Positions 58,653 to 64,000 of a DNA stretch of 64,000 bases are shown here, piece after piece. The DNA is from a bacterium (GTDB lineage: Bacteria; Patescibacteriota; Minisyncoccia; UBA6257; GWB1-50-10): positions 293 through 64,292 of the forward strand of contig JAJYXV010000003.1 of the NCBI GenBank assembly GCA_021801565.1, in the 5' to 3' direction. The notes beneath the pieces are model-generated. The model was not told the origin of the DNA. It saw only the letters and a list, made by a program, of their open reading frames with translations, and searched no databases. A program made the position numbers and the translations under genes. Numbering within the stretch: position 1 is the first letter of the stretch; each line of letters begins with the position of its first letter.

Positions 58653-58901
58653 ATGAAAGAAGAACGAACGTGTCAAAACTGTGAATCTGTTTTCATTATT
58701 GAAGATGAGGATTTTCAGTTTTACAAAAAAATTGATGTACCCCCACCGACGTTTTGTTGGAAGTGTAGATTACAAAGAAGGATGATGTGGAGAAATACGA
58801 GGGTGGTATATAAACGCGCCGATCTTGGAAATCTTACTCTTTTTTCAGCATTTTCACCGGATTCTCCATTAAAGATTGAAATATATTATAATATTGGTTA
58901 G
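58653..58901 (+). CDS. Truncated paralog of the N-terminal zinc-ribbon domain of the preceding gene (possible gene fragment)
   Basis: The first 30 nt are identical to the 56917 start in 29 of 30 positions. Protein MKEERTCQNCESVFIIEDEDFQFYKKIDVPPPTFCWKCRLQRR, after which homology is lost. Confidence 0.4.
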   Translation: MKEERTCQNCESVFIIEDEDFQFYKKIDVPPPTFCWKCRLQRRMMWRNTRVVYKRADLGNLTLFSAFSPDSPLKIEIYYNIG

Positions 58902-58906
58902 GTTGC

Positions 58907-59683
58907 ATGTTTATGGAAAGCGAATCAATAAAATTTCTCAAAAATATTGAAGATAACACAGGTTTTCTACCTGATGTTTTTATTAAGAAGAAAATAATTG
59001 GTAGAGGAGCTTTTGGGACTGTTTATGAAGCAGAAATTGAAAAAAATTCTCATAAAAAATCGTTCGCGATTAAGGATTATAGATTAGGGTCTGGGATAAC
59101 AGAACGAATGCCAGAAGAACAAATTAAGAGGTTTGTATTAAGAGCATTTAGTGCTTACGAGGAAGCAAAAAAGGTAGGACTCAAGGTTTTTCCCACTGTA
59201 AGAATTAGTCAAGATCACTACCAATTATTGATGTCTTTGAAAGAAAATGATAAATATTCTTTGTTAAGTAAGGGGAATGCAGATGATTTATTTTCTGACA
59301 GAGATAATAAAAGAATGGAGCGGGTAGAGAATATTACAAACATTCAAGAATTAGTTGCTGATATTGAAAGCAATTTACTGAAAGCATCAGAACACAAAAT
59401 TTATCTTCCTTGGGATTCATATTTTTTTGTTGTAGAAAAATCTAATCCTACACATCTTGATTTTGTGATAGGGGATTATGATTATGTTGCAGATAAAGAC
59501 TATAGAGAAAGAGAATATAAACAAAAAGAATTTTTTGATATGAATATAAATGAAGCAAAAAGCTCACTAAAAAACCTATTCTATTCTTATCTCAAAAAAG
59601 AAAAAGAAGAAGAATTTGATATCTCAGTAGCAGGATTATTAGATAAATTTCGGGTAGAAAATATTGATAAATTTAACCAATAG
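58907..59683 (+). CDS. Protein-kinase-like protein (Gly-rich loop + AIK lysine present; HRD/DFG not evident), possible pseudokinase
   Basis: IGRGAFGTVYEA...SFAIKDY matches kinase subdomains I-II. No HRDLKxxN catalytic loop was found. Acidic, Lys/Glu-rich C-terminus. Confidence 0.45.
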   Translation: MFMESESIKFLKNIEDNTGFLPDVFIKKKIIGRGAFGTVYEAEIEKNSHKKSFAIKDYRLGSGITERMPEEQIKRFVLRAFSAYEEAKKVGLKVFPTVRISQDHYQLLMSLKENDKYSLLSKGNADDLFSDRDNKRMERVENITNIQELVADIESNLLKASEHKIYLPWDSYFFVVEKSNPTHLDFVIGDYDYVADKDYREREYKQKEFFDMNINEAKSSLKNLFYSYLKKEKEEEFDISVAGLLDKFRVENIDKFNQ

Positions 59684-59750
59684 GCAATTATTATTAAACT
59701 AACATTTTCTCAAATCTACCTTCCTGTATAAGTAGCGTAGGAATATAAAG

Positions 59751-60764
59751 ATGAAAACGAAAGTCATAAAAATAAGTTCAAAAAAACCGGAAGTAAAAAT
59801 AATCCAAAACGCTGCAGTAATTATAAAGAACGGCGGACTTGTGGCATTCCCGACAGAGACGGTATATGGACTTGGTGCAAATGCATTTAATGCAAGCGCA
59901 GTAAGAAAAATTTTTAAAGCGAAAAGACGTCCAGCGGACAATCCATTTATTGTGCATGTGAGTGATGAGAAAATGTTGAAGTTAGTAGCGAAAGAAATTC
60001 CAGAAAAAGCAATTCCGCTTATGAAGAAATTTTGGCCAGGGCCCCTTACGATTGTATTCAGAAAGAAAAAACGAATTCCAAACGTAGTAACCGCCGGAGG
60101 GGACACGGTTGCAGTGAGAATTCCTTCACATCCAGTGGCGCTCGCGCTTATAAGGGAAGCGGGGATTCCAATAGCCGCACCATCGGCAAATACCTCAACG
60201 CGTCCGAGTCCAACGGAAGCAAAGCATGTGTATGAGGATTTTAACGGAAAAATTCCACTTATCCTTAATGGAGGAAAAACAAATATTGGTGTTGAATCGA
60301 CTGTGCTTGATTTGACGATAAATGTCCCTACATTATTGCGGAAAGGAAAAGTAACAAAAAAAGATATTGAGAAAGTTATCGGTGTTATAAAGGTTCATGT
60401 GAAAAAAACAAAGGGGGTGGTGAAGTCTCCCGGTCAAAAATATAAACACTATGCTCCAAAAGCATCTCTCGTCCTTGTTTATGGTGGGATAAAAGCGGTA
60501 AAGAAAATTATTTCAAAATATAGTAAGAAAAAGATTTTTGTCATTACTTTTTCGGAACATATGGATAAATACCCAAAGACATGTGAAATATATGTTCTTG
60601 GAAAAAAACAAAATACAATTGCGGCAGCAAAAAACTTTTTTTCGCTACTTCGAAAATGTGACAAAAATGGGGCTGATGTGATTATAGTCGAAGCGGTTGT
60701 TGAAAAGGGAGTTGGGGAGGCACTTATGGATAGAATTTCCCGTGCGGCCTCAATGATTGTATAA
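59751..60764 (+). CDS. tsaC: L-threonylcarbamoyladenylate synthase (Sua5/YrdC/TsaC family with Sua5 C-terminal domain)
   Basis: GGLVAFPTETVYGLGANAFN and RPAPSANTSTRPSPT motifs. 337 aa. Confidence 0.8.
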   Translation: MKTKVIKISSKKPEVKIIQNAAVIIKNGGLVAFPTETVYGLGANAFNASAVRKIFKAKRRPADNPFIVHVSDEKMLKLVAKEIPEKAIPLMKKFWPGPLTIVFRKKKRIPNVVTAGGDTVAVRIPSHPVALALIREAGIPIAAPSANTSTRPSPTEAKHVYEDFNGKIPLILNGGKTNIGVESTVLDLTINVPTLLRKGKVTKKDIEKVIGVIKVHVKKTKGVVKSPGQKYKHYAPKASLVLVYGGIKAVKKIISKYSKKKIFVITFSEHMDKYPKTCEIYVLGKKQNTIAAAKNFFSLLRKCDKNGADVIIVEAVVEKGVGEALMDRISRAASMIV

Positions 60765-60772
60765 TCTAAATT

Positions 60773-61666
60773 ATGATAGAAAACATAGCAGTTATAGGGG
60801 CGGGGAGAATTGGAAATGCCTTTGCGAGGATTTTTAAGAAAAAGGGATATACTGTTGAATTATGGGATAAAGAAGAGGGGAGAGTTCGTGGACAAAAAAG
60901 CCTTTTTGAAGTAGTGTCGAGTGCCGATGTTATTTTTTTATGTGTTCCCTCATGGGCGCTTCGTGAAGTATGTGGGCTTATAAAAAGCGCGGTAAGAAGT
61001 GGTGTATATGTTATTTCAACTGCAAAAGGCATTGAGAGAGAAACATTAAAAACACCAGATGAAACTATTGATGAATTTTTTTTGAAAAAAGAATTTGGAA
61101 TGTTAGGGGGGCCAATGCTTGCCGAGGAAATTGATTTAGATCACGTTGGTATTGGGGTTATTGGTTCTGCAGGTGAAGATGTATATAAGACAGTACATGG
61201 AATATTTCATGGCACGCCAGTACATATGCTGTATTCAAAAGATGTGCATGGTGTGGCACTTGGGGGAATATTAAAAAATGTATATGCACTTGCATTTGGC
61301 ATTGCTGACGGGCTCAAATGGAGCGGGAATGCAAAAGGATGGTTTCTTGTGAAATCAATGAATGAAATTGCGCGTCTCGCGCGCATACTAGGGGGGAGAA
61401 AGAAAACTATACTTGATGTTGCGGGACTTGGAGATTTAGCAACATGCGGATTTAGTGAATATTCAAGAAATAGGAGAGCAGGACAGGATGTATTAGAAGA
61501 TGGAAAATTTGACATAAAAAGTGAAGGAGTGGTATCAGCGCCATCTCTATTTATACTTGCAGGACGACGCGTAAAGAAATTTGAGATTTTGTTTGCATTG
61601 AAAGAAATAATAGATGAGAAAAAAGATCCAAGAATGGTATTTCAAAATTTATTAGAAAAGGTATAA
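60773..61666 (+). CDS. gpsA: NAD(P)H-dependent glycerol-3-phosphate dehydrogenase
   Basis: IAVIGAGRIGNAFA Rossmann motif. GGILKNVYALAFGIADGL...GLGDLATCGFSEYSRNRRAG aligns to GpsA. Confidence 0.75.
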   Translation: MIENIAVIGAGRIGNAFARIFKKKGYTVELWDKEEGRVRGQKSLFEVVSSADVIFLCVPSWALREVCGLIKSAVRSGVYVISTAKGIERETLKTPDETIDEFFLKKEFGMLGGPMLAEEIDLDHVGIGVIGSAGEDVYKTVHGIFHGTPVHMLYSKDVHGVALGGILKNVYALAFGIADGLKWSGNAKGWFLVKSMNEIARLARILGGRKKTILDVAGLGDLATCGFSEYSRNRRAGQDVLEDGKFDIKSEGVVSAPSLFILAGRRVKKFEILFALKEIIDEKKDPRMVFQNLLEKV

Positions 61667-61677
61667 TCAGAAGCTCT

Positions 61678-62490
61678 ATGGATGAATTAAAAACAAAAAA
61701 AATAAAGAAGTTTAGATCAGAATTTATCTGGTTTGGATTATTGGGACTTATTGTGTTGCTTATTGTTGCGTCTTTTATATTAAAAGGTTCAAATTATCTT
61801 TCAGTAACACATATAAAAGATACGAATTTGTTTTTTCCGCTTATTACCATTTCTTCGCTTCTTGATAGTGTAAACCCATGTGCATTTTCTGTTCTTCTGC
61901 TTACCATTGCATTTCTTTTTAATATTGGTCGCTCTCGAGGACATATTTTAAAAGTCGGGGGACTTTATATACTTGGGATTTTTCTTACGTATATTCTTAT
62001 TGGATATGGAGTATTGAGTGTTCTTAATGTATTCAGTATTCCACGCCTCATGTCGAAAGTGGGGGCGACAATTATTATTTTGTTTGGGATAATAAATCTT
62101 TTGGGGGGAATTTTTCCACGTTTTCCAATTAAACTTGGAATTCCGAAAAGCGCACATGGACGACTTGCGGTGTTCATTGAAAAGGCATCATATCCTGCCG
62201 GATTAATTCTCGGTGTGCTTGTTGGTCTTTTTGAATTCCCATGTACCGGAGGCCCGTACCTTTTTGTATTGGGGTTACTTCATGATCAGGGTTCATTTTG
62301 GTCTGGGTTCTGGTATCTCTTGTGGTACAACTTTGTATTTGTTTCACCGCTTATCATCATGCTTTTTCTCGCAGCAAATAATTTTGCCTTAGAAAAACTC
62401 TCCACGTGGAGAAAAGAAAGTGCACATAATATGAAAATATGGGGGGCACTCGCGATGATTTTACTTGGAGTCTTTATCTTTCTTTTTTAG
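61678..62490 (+). CDS. ccdA: CcdA/DsbD-family thiol-disulfide transporter (cytochrome c biogenesis-type membrane protein)
   Basis: LDSVNPCAFSVLLLTIAFL and FEFPCTGGPY paired-cysteine TM motifs. Confidence 0.65.
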   Translation: MDELKTKKIKKFRSEFIWFGLLGLIVLLIVASFILKGSNYLSVTHIKDTNLFFPLITISSLLDSVNPCAFSVLLLTIAFLFNIGRSRGHILKVGGLYILGIFLTYILIGYGVLSVLNVFSIPRLMSKVGATIIILFGIINLLGGIFPRFPIKLGIPKSAHGRLAVFIEKASYPAGLILGVLVGLFEFPCTGGPYLFVLGLLHDQGSFWSGFWYLLWYNFVFVSPLIIMLFLAANNFALEKLSTWRKESAHNMKIWGALAMILLGVFIFLF

Positions 62491-62512
62491 CGGTGTACAC
62501 TAAAATTCACTT

Positions 62513-63040
62513 ATGGATCAAGAAAAATTTAAACAATTATTATCACGGGTAGATGAGTTAAGGCGAGGAGGAAGTTTTGATCTTTCTCTTGAAGAGGATT
62601 TGAGTATTGCGGTTATGAATCTTGTAAGTCTTGAAGAGCACTTTTTCTTTACGGGAGAAAAAACAGAAAAGTCAGAATATTTTAGCTTACTTCAAGAGAC
62701 GCGAGAGATCAGAAAATCTTTACTTGGACGAATGATTCCGGCGCATGAGGGAGAAACGTGGTGTATTTCAAAACATCTTCTTGCGGCAAGTATGCGGGTG
62801 ATGGAGGTGGGGACAAAGCTTCTTGGAGATGGAAAGAAGGAAGAGGCGGAAGAGATGTTTAAGAAAGCGTACAAGATATATGCAATGTTTTGGGGATTAC
62901 GTTTGAAACTTATTGATGTCGCGGGAGTGAAAAAGATAAAAGATGGTCAATTGAATGTCCATGATAAGAGTTCAGATGAAAAAAAACAATGGACGGTTGA
63001 AGATATAGTCGAAAAATTAGTTGATTGTTGCGATGAATAA
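62513..63040 (+). CDS. Hypothetical protein
   Basis: 175-aa ORF, no recognised motif. Its stop overlaps the next start (ATGAATAA). Confidence 0.3.
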   Translation: MDQEKFKQLLSRVDELRRGGSFDLSLEEDLSIAVMNLVSLEEHFFFTGEKTEKSEYFSLLQETREIRKSLLGRMIPAHEGETWCISKHLLAASMRVMEVGTKLLGDGKKEEAEEMFKKAYKIYAMFWGLRLKLIDVAGVKKIKDGQLNVHDKSSDEKKQWTVEDIVEKLVDCCDE

Positions 63041-63416
63041 AAATATTATTCCGGTCATAGCAATTGGCATTGTGCTTGTTGCGATCCTTGTGGTTATTGT
63101 CATAACTACCAATGCGGGAGGAGGAAAAAATACGGTAAACCTTGATGTATTTGCACAGTGTCTCGCATCAAAGAATATTACGATGTATGGCGCTGAATGG
63201 TGCACCCATTGTAAGGACGAAAAAGCGGGATTTGGCAGTTCGTTTAAATACGTGCCGTATGTTGAGTGTACAGTTGAGACTCAGAAGTGTATTGATAAGG
63301 GAGTTGATTCATATCCTACGTGGATTTTTCCTGATGGAAAGAAATTAGTGGGAACACAAGGGGTACAGAAGTTATCCGAAGAAAGTGGATGCCCACTTCC
63401 CCAGGGAGCAAAATAG
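63033..63416 (+). CDS. Membrane-anchored thioredoxin-fold protein (CxxC)
   Basis: N-terminal TM, YGAEWCTHCKDEK active-site-like motif. Adjacent to ccdA. Confidence 0.55.
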   Translation: MNKNIIPVIAIGIVLVAILVVIVITTNAGGGKNTVNLDVFAQCLASKNITMYGAEWCTHCKDEKAGFGSSFKYVPYVECTVETQKCIDKGVDSYPTWIFPDGKKLVGTQGVQKLSEESGCPLPQGAK

Positions 63417-63420
63417 AATA

Positions 63421-63446
63421 AAAAACCGCCATGTGCGGTTTTTTTG
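63421..63446 (+). terminator. Rho-independent terminator
   Basis: ACCGC-CATGT-GCGGT followed by TTTTTT. Confidence 0.6.
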
Positions 63447-63486
63447 TATATGCAAAATAAATAGTATAATAAAGGCGAATTAATCT

Positions 63487-64000
63487 ATGAATAGAAAAAT
63501 AAGAAATCTTGATGAACTTGCAGTGACACAAGAACGGAGGCACGTACTTGAGTTATTTGAGTATGGTCTCCAATCAATTGATACCGAGGCGGCGGTGAAA
63601 CGAAATGTAAGTTTTGATGGGCGGATACTTATAGTTGCTGGCGAATCCTACGTCATTGCTGATATAAAAAAAATTTTTGTTGTAGGAATAGGAAAATGTG
63701 CACTTGAAGCGGTTCAGGCACTTGAAGATGTGCTGGGTGATCAGATTTATGGAGGAATAGTGGTGGATGTGCACGATGGAAAACTAAAAACCGGAAAGAT
63801 TCAGATGTTTGTTGGTGACCACCCTTTTCCTAGTGAAAGAAATATTTCTGCAACAAAAGCAATTATTGATTTGCTAAGAGGTGCAGAAGAAAAAGATTTA
63901 GTAATTACAGTGATTTCGGGTGGCGGATCATCGCTTCTCTGCCAACCGGAGAATCTCACGTGCTATGACGAAAGGAAAATAGATGAATGTTTATTTCGCG
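63487..64000 (+). CDS. Glycerate kinase (MOFRL/TtuD family), 3'-partial (runs off window)
   Basis: ATG at 63487. ILIVAGESYVIADIKKIFVVGIGKCA...MFVGDHPFPSE...VISGGGSSLL. No stop before nt 64000. Confidence 0.6.
   Translation, partial: MNRKIRNLDELAVTQERRHVLELFEYGLQSIDTEAAVKRNVSFDGRILIVAGESYVIADIKKIFVVGIGKCALEAVQALEDVLGDQIYGGIVVDVHDGKLKTGKIQMFVGDHPFPSERNISATKAIIDLLRGAEEKDLVITVISGGGSSLLCQPENLTCYDERKIDECLFR

Noticed and set aside
1-64000. CRISPR array
   Set aside because: The repeats found are dispersed palindromic elements. They are not regularly spaced direct repeats with spacers, and no cas genes were recognised.

Overview
This 64 kb window is low-GC DNA with almost every gene on the + strand (the two − strand genes are 21258..22616 and 38064..40091) and a compact, housekeeping-dominated layout. 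The content resembles a small-genome bacterium of the Patescibacteria/CPR type; this is inference from content, not a database hit. Recognisable core genes include an infA-rpmJ-rpsM-rpsK-rpsD-rpoA-rplQ block, rplM-rpsI, and rplJ-rplL. There are two cell-wall clusters (mreB-mreC-mreD-mrdA and mraZ-rsmH-ftsL-ftsI-murF), hrcA-grpE-dnaK-dnaJ, and proS, lysS, serS, pgk, frr, greA, rseP, pcm, rnhA, gpsA and tsaC/sua5. RNA genes are an RNase P RNA carrying an inserted hairpin, tRNA-Val(CAC) and tRNA-Glu(CUC). Three things are not explained by ordinary annotation. First, a family of at least eight 95–165 bp palindromic intergenic elements sits in one orientation, and most copies end in ...AACGGG (or a degenerate form, e.g. 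TAATGGG, TAACTGG) directly against the start codon of the next gene. Two copies contain the stop codon of the upstream gene. Second, a separate family of A/C-rich versus G/T-rich hairpins occurs three times, once inside the RNase P RNA and once covering the rsmH start codon. Third, there are two orphan protein loci. One is a 1041-aa protein with its own promoter and terminator, combining winged-helix-like segments with divergent calcineurin-like phosphoesterase motifs. The other is a tRNA-Glu-adjacent cluster of duplicated cysteine-rich zinc-ribbon proteins followed by a protein with a eukaryotic-type kinase glycine loop and AIK lysine but no catalytic loop. No CRISPR array, rRNA, transposase or integrase was seen. 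Every functional call is from motif recognition by eye; nothing was searched against a database.
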